Shown one piece after another: positions 49,528-63,300 of a stretch of 64,000 nt of DNA; the stretch's first letter is position 1; each line of letters begins with the position of its first letter. The DNA comes from Gekko japonicus (Eukaryota). Where the stretch lies: assembly GCF_001447785.1 (NCBI RefSeq), contig NW_015174282.1:997830-1061829 (forward strand), given 5' to 3'. The position numbers and the translations under genes are program-made. Under the pieces are notes generated by a model. The model was given only the letters and a program-made list of their open reading frames with translations, was not told the origin of the DNA and searched no databases.

Positions 49528-52500
49528 ATCTTAGTGCTAGTGATTATTCATTGATGCTAGTGTGATTTTAGTGAATGTGTATGTATTGGTGAATCTGTTT
49601 TACATTTGTAACTGTTGCTGGAATTCACCTCATGTGCCGATTGCAAAGTATAAGTAAACCAAAAAGGACCCCAAACTGTTAAGTGTCTACTACTACAGTG
49701 GTTCATCTCAATTCAGAAAGCGAACAAGCAAAGTACATTAGTAGGGGTCTTTCAGACCTGTTAAATTTGCTGCTTCTTTGGAGGCTTGATGGTAAACATT
49801 GAGGCTTGACAAATCACAGACAACATGGTGCCTAGAAATTCATTATAGTGTCTACTATTTTCAGCATTTATTGTGTCTCTTGGTGATTCTCAGTAGAAGT
49901 ATAAAGCTTATTTAGGTGAGCAATAAAGGTTAGATTTTGTTGTGGTGACATCCTACATTACTCCATATTTATTTATACACTAAAATACTTTTGATGTAGC
50001 TTAAAAATGGCAAACTCTGAAGAGATTTTGTGGTAGCAATAATTAGAAAGTATGGTCATTAACATATAAAATCATGAAGGTTGAAAAAAGTCTAGCTCCT
50101 AGATTTTTTTGGGCGGCTTGTAAAGATGAATTTTATCAGGGCCTGGTAAACATACACTGACAATATTTAACTGCAACACAGCTATACATGAGCAGAATAA
50201 CTTTATATGCGATGTAACAGTGTTCTTTAAATATTTTAAGGAGGTGGGTAAAGAAGAGAAGATCAGAAGGCAAGTATTTACATGCCAAGCAGTGTCAAAA
50301 CTTGGTGAAATTGAAGACAGGACACCAATCTGTACATTCAATACTTTTATTTTTTCTAACATAAATAATCAATTTATCATCAAAACAATGCAGTGGCGCT
50401 GTAGCCCATACTTCAGGGAGCTTTTAATCTGCTCTGATCAAAACAAAAATTACTGCAAGACCAGCACAGCAAGTTAACCTGCTTTTAAACTATTATTTTT
50501 CAAACAAGACTGCCTAACTTGTTTGCATTTTGCACAGTACACGTACATTTTCAGTGAGAGAAAATAAAGGTAGACTTCCACACCCAGTTATGAAAATTCT
50601 GTGCTGCTTTTGGATTTGTGTGGGTGATAACTATACCATACATATTCCAGTGAGCTCAGATCAATGTACATAACAATGTCCCATTTTATCTGCTCAACTG
50701 TCAGGTAAGGTGGACTGATGGTGACTTGCCAAAGTTCATCCAGTGAGCTGCATTTCTAGGAGGGGGTTCAAACCAGGCTTCCTAAATCCAAGTCCTGTTG
50801 ACTCAGTTCACACTTCAGGTAGCAGAATTTCTTCCTAATCACTCATAAGTTATTTTGAGTGGGAAGACAACATTTTGAAAGATCTTGCTTACATTATACA
50901 ATACACAAGTTGAGATAGGCAAGTTAGAATTTCTTTCCTTGGTTAAAGCTTTCTCTGTACAAATTAGGTCTTTCAGAAAAATAACTGCAATTCTTATCAG
51001 TATTTAGACTGTGGAACTATATTAGGGTAAAAACCCAAGTTGTCTTGTATCAGAAAATGTGTTAGGACACAATGCATTGTGTCTCTAACCAAATAAAAAA
51101 ATCCCAAATACTTATAAACTATGATCTTGTTGCAGACAGACTTCCCCTAGTGTACCTGTATGTATAACCCTGATGTGTAGATTAGAATCTTTCATTTCTG
51201 TCATTCCACTCTGCCACAAGATCTTCCCACCTGTTTGGCATACATAAGAAAAACTCTTTTGGACAACATTTGGTAATATCTTATATATAAAATATCGGGA
51301 CTTGCTGCTCATACCTTCCACTCTATTTTAAAGTAGGATAAGTTACCATTTAAATTTAAACAAGTAGGACTTAGGGTATTGCTAATGGCATGCAGCACAA
51401 TCCATTTGAGTATTTTGGCTTTCTCTGTGTTACACTTGTGTAAATATTCTAGTTGCTATCTTCACAGAAATTCCATTGAAATCCTTTGAGAGTAAAGGTA
51501 ATTTTGTCATTGTAAAAATTGGCAAAAAGCTGTATAATGTTTAACTATATGGCCCATTTTTGTCAACTTATTTCCTTTACAGCCAATGTCCTTGTCTAGA
51601 AAATGGCTCAACCAGTTCTTAAACCTGAAGTGTAATTGAGTTCCCTGCCATGTCACTTTATACATGCATAAGCATTCTTTGAAGCAACGACCTGCTTATG
51701 TGATCAGCCTGCTGACATACATAACGTCTGATATTGACTTGCATTCACTTCTTGAGATATTGTGGAATTTGAGTACCGGGGTGTGTGTGTGTGTCTTATT
51801 TGTTGTTAAGAACAGATCTATTAACTTTTAATATGCATACATTTAATAACACAATATATCAGTTTATTCTTGTCAAGGCAACAGCACTAAATACAGATGC
51901 AATCTGTTTATCTTCAAAAATCAAAGCAAACTCCTGTCCCTCAAATACCAAAAACATACACAGTGTCTCTTTTATTTCTAATTACGTATAGCATGTAATT
52001 CCTGTACGGTCTTGTTGTGGCAGTAGTTAAAACAAACAATTGTAATTGTTTTAATAAACTTCCCAATCCCCCAACATAGTTACAATTAATGACCTTGGAA
52101 CTACGTTGCTTGTAGCTCTCAATACTGGAATGATTTCGTTTGTTCATATTAATCATTAATGGAACCCCTTGCAGCTCTTAAAAACTAATGTAAACTCTTA
52201 GAGCTTTTGAAGAGCTAAAGCCTTTCTCACTAATTACCTTCCTAAGCCAATTAGAAGATTCATTTTGCTCTCCACTCAAAGCAATTTTATTGTTTATTTA
52301 GCTTTAGTCAATTCATTTTAGCCCTGTGCTAGCATCCTGTATCATTTGCAGTCATACAACACTTTTGTCCCCTTCCTCAAGGTATCATCATTCAGCACAA
52401 AACGAGAAAGCCTCTCTCATTGAGATCAAAATGCATTGCAAAACTGTGACTATTACAGGTGTGCACAGGTTGAGTTCATAAAAGTATTTTGGTACCACAA

Positions 52501-53088
52501 GCCCAAGCAGCCTAGAAACTTAAGGCAGATAGTAGACCCTTTTTCAAAGAGCCCAAATTACATTTGAATCCCTGACCACAAGCAGCTATCCACTTTGAGA
52601 ACAAGTTACAGTAAACACGAAGTCACAAGATATTAAAAAAGCATTTAGGAAAGTCATTCTAATACTTAAATTGGAGCATATTCCTGTAGCTAACAATATG
52701 GACTGGCACACTGACAAGAATCCTGAAGAACAGAATACCGCCAACAACATGGCACTTATGTGAGTAGATCTAACTGACCCATGGATAGCAACCCAGACAC
52801 CATGACAGCTTATTACAGGAAAGGGGCAGACCTATATATGCTGTTGAGTCATCCTGCTTTGCTTAATCACACATGGAGAAAGAGGAGGTGGGCTGCTGAT
52901 AAATACAGAAAGTGCATACCTGGAGAAGGGAGGCAAAATGGGCTCTGGTACCTCATTTGAAAAGTCTGCTGTGTGTGTATGCTATTTCTACAGTGGAAAG
53001 GATCTGATCCCACTCTTTACTGAACAATTTACCAGAGCAAATCCAAAAGAGCTGGCAATCAGAAATTTAAAAGGAAAATTCACTCAGT

Positions 53089-53168
53089 AAGTAGCAGTAA
53101 GGGGTATGGCAATGGGCCATCTTACATCAAGTAGCAGTAAGGGGTATGGCAATGGGCTATGCTACATC
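53089..53168. repeat. 40-bp tandem duplication
   Basis: AAGTAGCAGTAAGGGGTATGGCAATGGGC occurs at 53089 and 53129. Confidence 0.85.
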
Positions 53169-55460
53169 TTACATTGCAAGATAGCCTTTTGTATTTTTAC
53201 TACTGGTATAGAACACTTCTTCCATTGTACCATGTAAATGCATGAGCATTTCATATCAAGTCTAGGTTCTGATTACTTAAGTCTTTGTTTACAATCTTGT
53301 GCTGAGGCTGAAAATCTTTGGATTAGACACAGAACCTTTTCTATTTAGTTCTGTTTAGCAAAGAATACTCTGAGGTCAAAGGACTGTTTTCCTAAAATAC
53401 TATGTTTTCCCAATTTCTCTAGTTACTGAGTTTTAAAGTGCAACTGCTGCAGCTTGGTAAATATTTCCAGGGGCAAAGTCAGAGTTCTTTGTCAATGCCA
53501 CTTTAGCTCTAACCTGAATGCGTATCCAGATTGGTTCAAAATATTTCATTATGTTGTTAATGTTGGCCATTAAGTTTACAGCAGCACTAGATAGACCTCA
53601 GATTTCTAGCACACACATTAATTTTTCACATGAGTACTTTCTTATTACTCATAAACTAGACGTTTAATACAAAATTGCATCAGCTGTGTATAAGCAGAAA
53701 GATTTACTGAATCATCCTGTCAATCTGATATTTCATAGGAAGCAAGAAGATGTTCAGGATACCAAGAGAAAACAGGCATGGAAATGTCATGGGTAAAGCA
53801 GTTATTTGGCTAGGAAGGGGGTACTAAGATACCAAAAAAAACCCCCAGCATAAAATCAGATAATGCCAGAAAAGAAGCTGGGGGCCAGAATGTATGTAAA
53901 CCAGAAGTCAAGAAGAAAAGGCATAATAGAGCTGACTGTTTGGGGGAGATGTTGATGTTGACAGTTAAAATCATGTTTGAGGAGATTGCTTGATTGGCTT
54001 GAATCCTGTGAGTCTATTCCACTAATCACAGATTCTCTCTCTGGTACAAAGACACATCCTTCTCCAGTCAGACAACATGGCTCTGTCACAGCAAAGCTTC
54101 TTGAGCTAAAAGAAGGGTCTTTGTGCCAGCAGAATACTCTGCCTTTGGGATAACAGGTTCATAGGACCTAACAACAGATGTTATAATTCAGCAGGCATGA
54201 AAGTAATCCTAGAAACAATCTTCATTGGCCAGCACCTACAAATGTCTTGGGAAATATTGTTTTCAGTTGAAGGAAAGGAATACAAAGTAAGGATGCCAAC
54301 TACATTTCTTAAGGAAGGACACTTCATAAAGTTGGTTCCCCCATTTAAGGGTCTTCTCTGACCTTCACAGAAAGAAAATATGTAAAGCAAGACCTTCTCA
54401 GATAATCAAGATGAGCAGGGAGGAACAGAAGGTGTTGTTTCATCCAAGGCTGTTAAGGGTGCTTTTTAAAAGTACCATGAATTGAGCTGGGAAGGAAATG
54501 ATATTCATTGAAGTTGCATTAAATCTGTAACCTAGCCTCTTCTTTATACTCTAGTAGAACTGTTGCACTCTACAGCAAAGTTCTTTGAATACTGAGACTT
54601 CAAGTTGAACAAGAGTTTGCTATTGCATGAATGACAGAAGCAAGAGCTCAGTGAATGTAGAGCTGCTGCTGGCCTGCAGCCAAGGCTGGCAGAAACCACT
54701 CCTGGCTAAAAAGCACTCCTGGCTACTGCCATTACCTGTTTATTGAGCAACAAAGCAGAGTGAAGAAGCATCTCTGGACTAAGCACTTTGTCTTGATGAC
54801 TACGTCAAGAATGGGCAACACCCCAACTAGTGTGATATTTCTGTTCCAGTTTATGAGCCCTCATCCAGCCCATATCAGAGTACAGGCACTGTGCTCAAAA
54901 CCAAGTTCTGTTCCTGGATCTATTTTTAAAAACCATAATTTGGGGAGCATGATAAGAACCTTGTGCTTACCCATAGGATAAATCCCAACCCATCTTGGAG
55001 TACAGTGCTGAACCAGTGCAATAAAGTGTTCTGAGTGATAATAAACACAAATCAAAAGCTAATGTGAGGTTCAGAAGTACCGACAGAGTCATGATCACTC
55101 TTTTGAGTTCTAGGTGCAAATCATTCACTAGGATACCACTGTAATTTTCTGTCCAAAATCCAGCATGAGCCTCATATTTCCAAATTGGCATTGCTGTAGC
55201 ATCTGGGTTTTTTTTTTTTTTTTTAAATAAGGATTCAGTGACCATAATCCGGACATAAAAAGTGGAATAGGTATTGATTATATCATTAGACCCAGCTTCA
55301 GCTGCCTTCAGTATGCAATAGAAATGCATACAACTATGTCATAAGTCAGTACAATATGCAGGACTATAGATCTCAGATGAGTAGGTTTTGAAGGGGGTTA
55401 TTCTGGAAAGTCACTACAGCACAATAGCAGGTTATCTGTTCAGTTTGGTATCGCACAGGC

Positions 55461-55620
55461 AACACAAAATTCGCATCCGGTAGTACCTCAGAGACCAAAA
55501 AACTTCCAGGGTATAAGCCTTCATGATGTGATCTGACAAGATGAGCTTTGACTCAAAAAGACTTACATCCTGGAAGATTTGGTTGGTCTCCGAGGTGCTG
55601 CTGGATGTAAATTTTGTTGT
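55461..55620. mobile_element. Inverted-repeat remnant of a Penelope-like terminal repeat
   Basis: CATCCGGTAGTACCTCAGAGACCAA..CTTCCAGGGTATAAG pairs with CTTACATCCTGGAAG..TTGGTCTCCGAGGTGCTGCTGGATG. Confidence 0.6.
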
Positions 55621-56499
55621 ATTATTGCTATAGCCTCATTTGATTACCTACCAGCAATTAACACAGTGGCTCCTAAGCAGCATGGGTGTAATTGTACTTG
55701 AGTCAGGCAACTTCCCTACCTCCTCCTCCCACTGCAGCCTTCTGGTTCCTCTTCAGTTGTGTTCCTATAGGTCAGCTAGCCCGAAGACAGCATGGAGTAC
55801 AAATTGGGGGGGGGGGAATCTAAAGAAATGGTTCTCGCCTCCTCTTCAAATGGACATGCCATTCTTTTGCAGGAAATGTTATTGCACCGGTGGAGTGGGA
55901 CATTAGGATCTAAGCCTATTACTTTTATGATCTTGGAAGACCCTAAAATACTGTTGTTGGATCTGTGCTTTATCTGAAAATATTAAACTTTTAAAAAGAC
56001 CCTCTCAGGCAACTCTCTTGAATAGTGTTAATTAGATGGAAAGTGGTTTCACAAAAGCAGGAAAATAAAATTAGGCTTCTTTTTGCATCACACTTTCCAA
56101 TTTAGCTCTCTCCATAAGAAATAGAAACTTAAAACCTTTTTTTAAATTACAGCTAGGTGTTTGCATGTTTTACCAGAATGTCACATCTTCATATCACCAT
56201 ACTGCTGCAGTGGCAGCTTTAAATTAATTCTCCAAGACTGTAGATGGTGCATTTTAGTGAGGTTGTTTAATTGACATGAGCATTCACTGGTTTATCACAT
56301 TTTTCTTTTTTCCTTCCATGAAGCTCAGGGCAGTGTTTATGGGATGGGAGGTTCTCCCATTTTATCTTCTCAACAAACTGTTGAGGTTATTTAGTCTGAA
56401 AGTGAATGGTCCAGTGTTGCACAATGAACATTTGATTGCTGACCAGGAATTCAAACCCAGAGATCCCCCATTCATGCCCACTGTTCTGCCTATCTCCAT

Positions 56500-56801
56500 T
56501 TTGAGCCAGTTTGGTGTAGTGGTTAAGTGCGCGGACTCTAATCTGGGAGAACCGGGTTTGATTCCCCACTCCTCCACTTGCACCTGCTGATGTGACCTTG
56601 GGTCAGTCACAAGCTCTGGCACAGCTGTCCTTGAAAAAGAGCAGTTTGTGTCAGAATTCTCTCAGCCCCACCCACCTCACAGGGTGTCTGTTGTGGGGAG
56701 GGGAGGGGAAGGGAAAGGAGTTTGTAAGCCACTCTGAGACACCTTTGGGTAGTGAAGGGCGGGGTATAAATCCAATCTCTTCTTCTTCTTCTTCTTCTTC
56801 T
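56500..56801 (+). mobile_element. Full-length Squam3-type tRNA SINE
   Basis: A box TGGTGTAGTGG, B box GGTTTGATTCC and (TTC)n tail. 13-bp TSD TGCCTA(T/C)CTCCAT at 56487-56499 and 56802-56814. Confidence 0.9.
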
Positions 56802-58745
56802 TGCCTACCTCCATATTACTATGTGATGGTAATAACTGCAAATATATGTTCAGGTGTTGGTAAGTTAAGCATAATATCCTTCCTTAGCCAATAAGCCAGA
56901 AAGTATTTTACTCTTGGAATTTCACCCAGCCTGCTTTTGCCAATCCTCGAATTGTGTTGCTGATTTTACTTCAAGGTAACAAATCTGTTTTATGACCAGC
57001 ACTTCTGAGCAGGGCTGACCCAGTCTACTTTCATGATATAGTTTTATGGTTATCTCCTTGCAATTTAAGTGCTTATTTGGAAAAGCTGCTTCTTTTATTC
57101 AACCTAACTCTTGCCTTTGGCTGGCTGAAGGCGGCCAACGTCCAGGTGGGGCCTGAAGCTCCCAATACAACTGATCTTCAGACTACAGTTCCTCCAGATA
57201 AAATAGTAGCTTTGGAGGATGGACTATCTGGCATTATAACCTACTAAGGTCCCTCCCTTTCCCAACCCTGCCCTCTCCAGGCTCCACCCCCAAATCTGTA
57301 ATTGGATTGCCTGGGTGTAATTTGAATAGCTGCTGGCCCCGCCCTTTGCTGGGTGATGCTTCTATTTAAGGCTGCACCTCGCCAGAGGCATGAGCCTCTG
57401 GCACAAGCCGAAGGGTGAGAGACAAAAAGCTCTTGTCCTGTGGCTCTTAGCCTAGGGACTTGTAGACGAGGGGCTCTGTAAGAAGCCCAGGAAGGGCCAG
57501 AAAGCCAGGGCCCTAGTCTCCTTGTGTTCCTAGTAAAGTAAGTAGACTTCTACAAGGAGAACCACATAAATATGAAGGGTTTTAAAAGGGGGATTATATA
57601 TAATTATTTTTTTAAAGCAATTATGAAGGCAGAATGCCAGCAGGGGTTGGGGGCTATCCAGTGTTTCGCACGGAGTGTCGAATGTATGACTGTCTCCCCA
57701 TTGGACAGAAGTCTTGGGTGTGTGCCAGATGCAAGGAGCTCCTGGTTCTCAGGGAACACGTTTGCACCCTTGAGGCCAAGGTGGCTGACCTGGAGAAGCA
57801 GAGACAGTCAGGTGCATGGAGAAGACTCTTGGGGACTTGTTAGATATGTCCCACTCTGAAAATGGCAGCCTCGCCACTGTCAGGGACCATGAGGGTTGAG
57901 AGAAAACAGGAAACCGTACTGAGGATAAGGGGAATGTGCCCCTCAGAAGGGACCTCTTCTCCAGCTGGTGAATGGGTATCCTTTCGCACCAAGGAACCAT
58001 CCCTTGACAGGGAATGAGGGGAGCTCTTGGTAGTTGGTGATTCAATCCTTAGGCAGGTAGACAGCTGGGTGGCAAACCCACGTACTAACCGTATGGTGAC
58101 TTGCCTGCCTGGTGCAAAGACATTATGCATGTTCTAGATAGGCTGGTAGACAGTGCTGGGGAGGAGCCAATGGTGCTGGTACATGTTGGCACCAACAATG
58201 TGGGGAAATGCAGGTGTTGGGGGGGGAACATTGTGGGTATTTCAGAAACGTGGGATGAGGAAAATCAGTGAGATACAGTGATTCCTGGTTATAAATTATA
58301 TCGGAAGGATGGGGAGGAAGGGTTGGAGGTGGGGTGGCTCTGTATGTCACAGAGGGTATTGAGATGGTAAGAGAATTGAATTCGCTTCTGGAAATGCTAT
58401 GGATTGAAATAGTGGGCCCAGAAGGAAGCTTAACACTGGGAGTTTGTTATCGCCCAACAGATCAAAAGATAGGATTGTAAAATGATGAATGAATTAAAGA
58501 TAGCAGCTAGATGAAATAACTGTGTCATAATAGGTGATTTGAACTACCCACACATTGAATGGGTCAATATGTGTTCAAGTCAGGAAAAAGAGATTGAGTT
58601 TTTAGACACTCTCAATGACTGTGCTATGGAACTGATGGTCACAGAACCTACCAGGGGAGAGGCGATCCTGGATTTGGTCCTTAAGTAATGCTCAAGACCT
58701 GGTGAGAGATGTAAAAGTGACTGCACCACTTGGGAACAGTGACAC

Positions 58746-59566
58746 CTTGTTGCAATTATAAAATACTGGAAGAAGACCAATTTGTCTCGATCTAACTCTT
58801 TAAGCCACCAATCTGTTAGATTGTTATTAACAAAAGACCCTACACATTCTGATTCCTTTAGCAATATCCTTAGTAGATACACCATACCTGATGACCTCCT
58901 CGGAGCCTCAGGCGACAATTCCCAACTCAGGGAATGGATATTCAAATCAGATGCTGTGATAGACCGCTCTGCTATCATAAAATCGAAAACAGCTCCGTGG
59001 TACAAAATCTGATCATTCTAGATCATCCTATCTACATAATATTTGCAACTACAACCTCAGGGTGTCTTTTACTGCCCTGCGTTTTCAAATAATGTACACA
59101 GCATTGCGGGAGGGTCAATTTCTTCAAGTTCCTACAGAACACAATATATGTATTTGTGGTTCGCTTGCCATTGAAACCCTCCCTCACTGTATCTTAGCCT
59201 GCCCGTTATACAATGCACCCAGAGGCAAATTCTTGACAGGAATTTTATTTACTATAAAAGCATATCCTGAAAATGAGAAGATTGTATTCTTGTTATCAGA
59301 TACTGATGACTTCGTAATCTATAGAGTCTCCCTTTTTACCCTTGCGGCCAAAAAGATTAGAGCCAGGGCAGCACCATAGGGGCCATTCTTATAACACGTA
59401 GGCTATTTTAATCCATTCTCATTTTAGATATGTGATTTTAGGTTTTTCTTCTTTATGTATTTTATCATACTATTTTACTGCCTTACTGATCTATTTGAAT
59501 GTTTTGTAATTTTGTTATGGCCTATGGCTAATACAATAAATCCTTTGATGATTTTGATTTTTTGGA
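58746..59566 (+). mobile_element. 5'-truncated LINE (RTE-X-like) nested in CR1
   Basis: FTALRFQ...EG.F...CICGS..IETLPHCILACPLY...R CCHC domain, AT-rich 3'UTR, AATAAA and a (TTGAT)-like tail. CR1 sequence resumes at ~59570. Confidence 0.7.
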
Positions 59567-61195
59567 AATATAAATAGGGAGTTGCCCAAAAAGACCGACA
59601 CAACCACTTTTAACTTTAAAAGGGGTAACTTCTCTGAAATAAGGGGACATGTAAGGAGGAAACTGAAGGGAAAAGCAGAAAGGGTTAAAACCATTAAGGA
59701 AGCTTGGAGACTATTTAAAACTACAATCCTAGAAGTTCAGAAAAAAATATATACTGCAGGTTAGGAAAGGCACAAAGAGGAATAGAAAAAGGCCTGCATG
59801 GTTAACAAAGTAATGGAAGCTGTAAAAGGTAAGAAGGATTCTTTTAAGCGGTGAAAAGCTAGTCTCAGTGCAGTTGATAAAAGGGAACACAGGCTGTGGC
59901 AAAATGCAAGTCTGTGGTCAGGCAGGCAAAAAGGGAATATGAGGAGCATATTGCAAAAAACATAAAAACCCACAATAAAACTTCCTTCAAATACATTAGA
60001 AGCAGGAAACAGCCAGGGAGGCAGTGGAGCCCATGGATGACCAAGGGGTAAAAGGAGTACTGAAGGACGATAGGGAAATGGCTGAGAAGCTGAATACATT
60101 TTTTGCCTCTGTCTTCACTGTGGAAGACGAGAAGTGCTTGCCCACACCAGAACTGCTGATTTCGGGAGGGGTGTGTGTGTTGAAAGACCTGAGTCAGATT
60201 GAGGTGATGAGAGAGGAGGTCCTAAGACTGATAGACAACTTAAAAACTGATAAATCACCAGGCCTGGATAGCATACATCCAAAAGTTCTGAAAGAACTCA
60301 AATGTGAACTTGTGGATCTCCTGACAAAATTACGTAATCTTTCATTAAGATCTGCCTCCATTCCTGAGAACTGGAAGGTAGGTAATGTCACTCCCATCTT
60401 TAAAAAGGGTTCCAGAGGAAATCCGGGAAATACTGGGTAAATTGGTGACAACTGTTATTAAGGAAAGAATTAGTAGGCACATTGATGAACAAAAACTATT
60501 GAGGCAGACTCAGCATGGGTTCTGTAAGGGAAGAGCTTGTCTCACTAACCTGTTAGTGTTCTTTGAGGGAGTGAACAAATGTGGACAAGGGGGACCCAAT
60601 AGACGTTGTTTATCTTGACTTCCAGAAAGCTTTTGATAAAGTTCCTTATCAAAGCCTCCTAAGTAAGCTTCTTTTGTGGATCAAAAACTGGCTAATTAAT
60701 AGGAAATCGAAAGTAAGTATAAATGGGCAATTTTCACAGTGGAGGGGTGGTAAGCAGTGGGGTACTGCATGGATCAGTACTGGGTCCGATGCTTTTTAAC
60801 TTGTTCATTAATGATTTGGAGTTGGGAGTAAGCAGTGAAGTGGCTAAATTTGCAGATGACATGAAATTGTTCAGGGTGGTGAAAACCAGGGAGGATTGTG
60901 AGGCACTCCAAAGGAATCCGTCGAGGATGGGTGAGTGGGCATGGCAAATGGGGTTCAGTGTGGCCAAGTGCAAAGTGATGCACATTGGGGCCAAAAATCC
61001 TAACTATAAATACACATTGATGGGGTCCGAACTGGCAGAGACTGACCAAGAGAGAGATATTGGATTCGTACTAGATAACTCAATGAAAATGTCTAGACAG
61101 TGTGCCACTGCAATAAAAAATGCCAATGCTATGCTCGGGATTTTTAAGAAGGGAATTGAAAACAAATCGGCCAGTATCATAATGCCCCTGTATAA

Positions 61196-61372
61196 GCTCT
61201 TTTGGTAGCAGGAACTCCTTTGCATATTAGGCCACCCCCCCTAATGTAGCCAATCCTCCAAGAGCTTACAGAGCTCTTCTTACAGGAGCTACTGTAAGCT
61301 CTTAGAGGAGTGGCTACATTAGGGGTGTGTCACTTAATATGCAAATGAGTACCTGCTACAAAAAGAGCCCTG
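61196..61372. mobile_element. Palindromic hAT-type MITE nested in CR1
   Basis: GCTCTTTT.GTAGCAGG / CCTGCTACAAAAAGAGCCCTG ends, with internal arms ATGTAGCCA..CCTC.AAGAGCTTACAG / CTGTAAGCTCTT.GAGG..TGGCTACAT. Confidence 0.85.
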
Positions 61373-62799
61373 GCTGACCTCATTCGGAGTACTGTGTACA
61401 ATTCTAGTCACCACACCTCAAAAACGATATTATAGCATTGGAAAAAGTGCAGAAAAGGGCAACCAGAATGTCTGTATTCTTGGTGCTTGGGGGGGGCAAC
61501 GGTGGGAGGGCTTCTAGTGTCCTGGCCCCACTGGTGGACCTCCTGATGACACCAGGTATTTTTGGCCACTGTGTGACAGAGTGTTGGACTGGATGGGCCA
61601 TTGGCCTGATCCAACATTGGCTTCTCTTATGTTCTTATGTTCTTAAATCTTCTAGAATTTCCCAACCCAGTATAGGCAGTCCTGTCTGGCAGGATGTGTG
61701 TGGCATGTATGCACAACCCTTAATCCTCTTTGAAGGGAGAAGGACAGGTGGTCTTTTAACCCCTGTGTTTTCTTGGAAAGGGAGATCTCTGTCTTTACCC
61801 CAGATCTATACTTCCCTTTCCTTGTACACCCACTAGTTTGGACACCCAGCATCTCCACATGTAGAAATCTACTTTACTGCTATACAGAATAATGTGCTGT
61901 TGTCTAATTTTAGCCCAGTAGTAAAGAGGTATGTGTGTTACTGAAGGCTTTTATAAAGGATGTTCAGGGAGCAGACGTACTGGGAAGTTGCGGCAGGCCC
62001 CATTGTAATGTTTACCCTTTCTGACCTTCCCACTAGATAAAGTGAATGACACTGAATGGAAACAGTTTCTTGTAAAACACTGATAAGGGCTGAGCAGTGC
62101 ATTTTTGTTGTCTGTTTTTGGGATTCATGGCAAAACTGATTACATTCCCAGGGCTGTTATTGAGCAGCAAAGGAAGTAGACAGTCTTTTCTTAAGTCTCT
62201 TTTAAAAATTAATGAATACTGAGACAAAGCTTGGAGCTTCTTAAATCTTCCTCCCCCCCCCCACTCGCAATATGATTACTTAGGGCAAGATCCTTGTGAT
62301 TTAACACTCTCTTTCCTAGTTATGCATACCTAATGATTTTCGAGTTGAGTCAGACTCCCGTAGAGCCTCATTCACAATACAAAGTTTAAGCGAGCAGCTG
62401 ACTCATTCTGCTACTTCTCCATTCCTGGCATTTTTCTTAAATGTAATATCTAAAACTGAACTTTATATATATATAAGGTATTTATGAAAACGTGTGCAAG
62501 ATGTTTTATCTAATGATTTGACTATTAAAAAATTAAAACTGATACACTAGCAAGATAAAATTAGGAGATTGCCGAAGAGTATACAGCCCGTGTAAATTGA
62601 CAATAATAAAAACCAGTTTTAAAGCTATTTAAAAACAAATCAAAATTAAACCAAGCTAGTAGCGGTTCAAACCAGTCTAGTGACAATAGAATTTCATATC
62701 TAGGTAATCATGAAAACTAATCAAAATTACAGTAGAATGTAAATTTTTATCAAGGGAGAGATGGGATACTCACAACTGGGACCAGGATAAAATTTAAGA

Positions 62800-63300
62800 T
62801 GGATATACAAGTCTTTGGTAAATAAGAATATTTTCACTTGGCATGTGAAAGTTTGTAGTTTTGGCACTAGGCAAACATCTACAGGGAGGCAATTCCATAA
62901 CTTATGCCCCACTGCAGAAAAAGCCCTATCTTTGGTACACACCCACTTTGTATCTGTCAGTAGAGAAATACAGAGAAAGACACCAACAAAGATCTCAGTG
63001 GGAGAAGACAGATCTTCTAGTGCCTTGGACCGAAGATCGTATAGGGCATTTAATGCAACAAACATGAACTTGAGTAAATTCCAGAGGACGGCAAAAAACA
63101 GGAGGGCCTGACACGATGCGGTCCATGGGGTCGCGAGAGTCGGACTCTACTGTGCGACTGAACATCAACAAAAAATAGTCTCTCAATAGTGGCATAACGT
63201 GGTCCTATAACTGGCACCAAGAAGAAATTTGGCTGCTGTATTTTGGACCAGTTGAAGCTTCCAAATAGTTTTCAAAGACAGTCCCATGCGACATAAATAT
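62800..63300 (-). mobile_element. Old L2 3' fragment interrupted by a plus-strand RTE/BovB 3' end (~63055-63172)
   Basis: DRAFSAVG.KLWN.LP translation. The insert ends GTCCATGGGGTCGCGAGAGTCGGAC...GCGACTGAACATCAACAA. Confidence 0.65.

Larger units (their letters stand above)
57300..61645 (+). mobile_element. Second CR1 of the same subfamily, with 5'UTR, two large deletions and two nested insertions
   Basis: Collinear with 17966-22359: CRMYDCLP..WVCARCKEL, YLDFQKAFDKVP, LFNLFINDL and KFADD. Tail TCTTATGTTCTTATGTTCTTA. Confidence 0.93.

Noticed and set aside
56503-56575. tRNA gene
   Set aside because: It is the SINE head (A/B boxes), followed by body, tail and TSD.
56940-56980. GTTGCTGATTTTACTTCAAG|GTAAC resembling the sequence before the NCOA start codon
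   Set aside because: Short match, no ATG or NCOA coding sequence follows, and there is no convincing acceptor.
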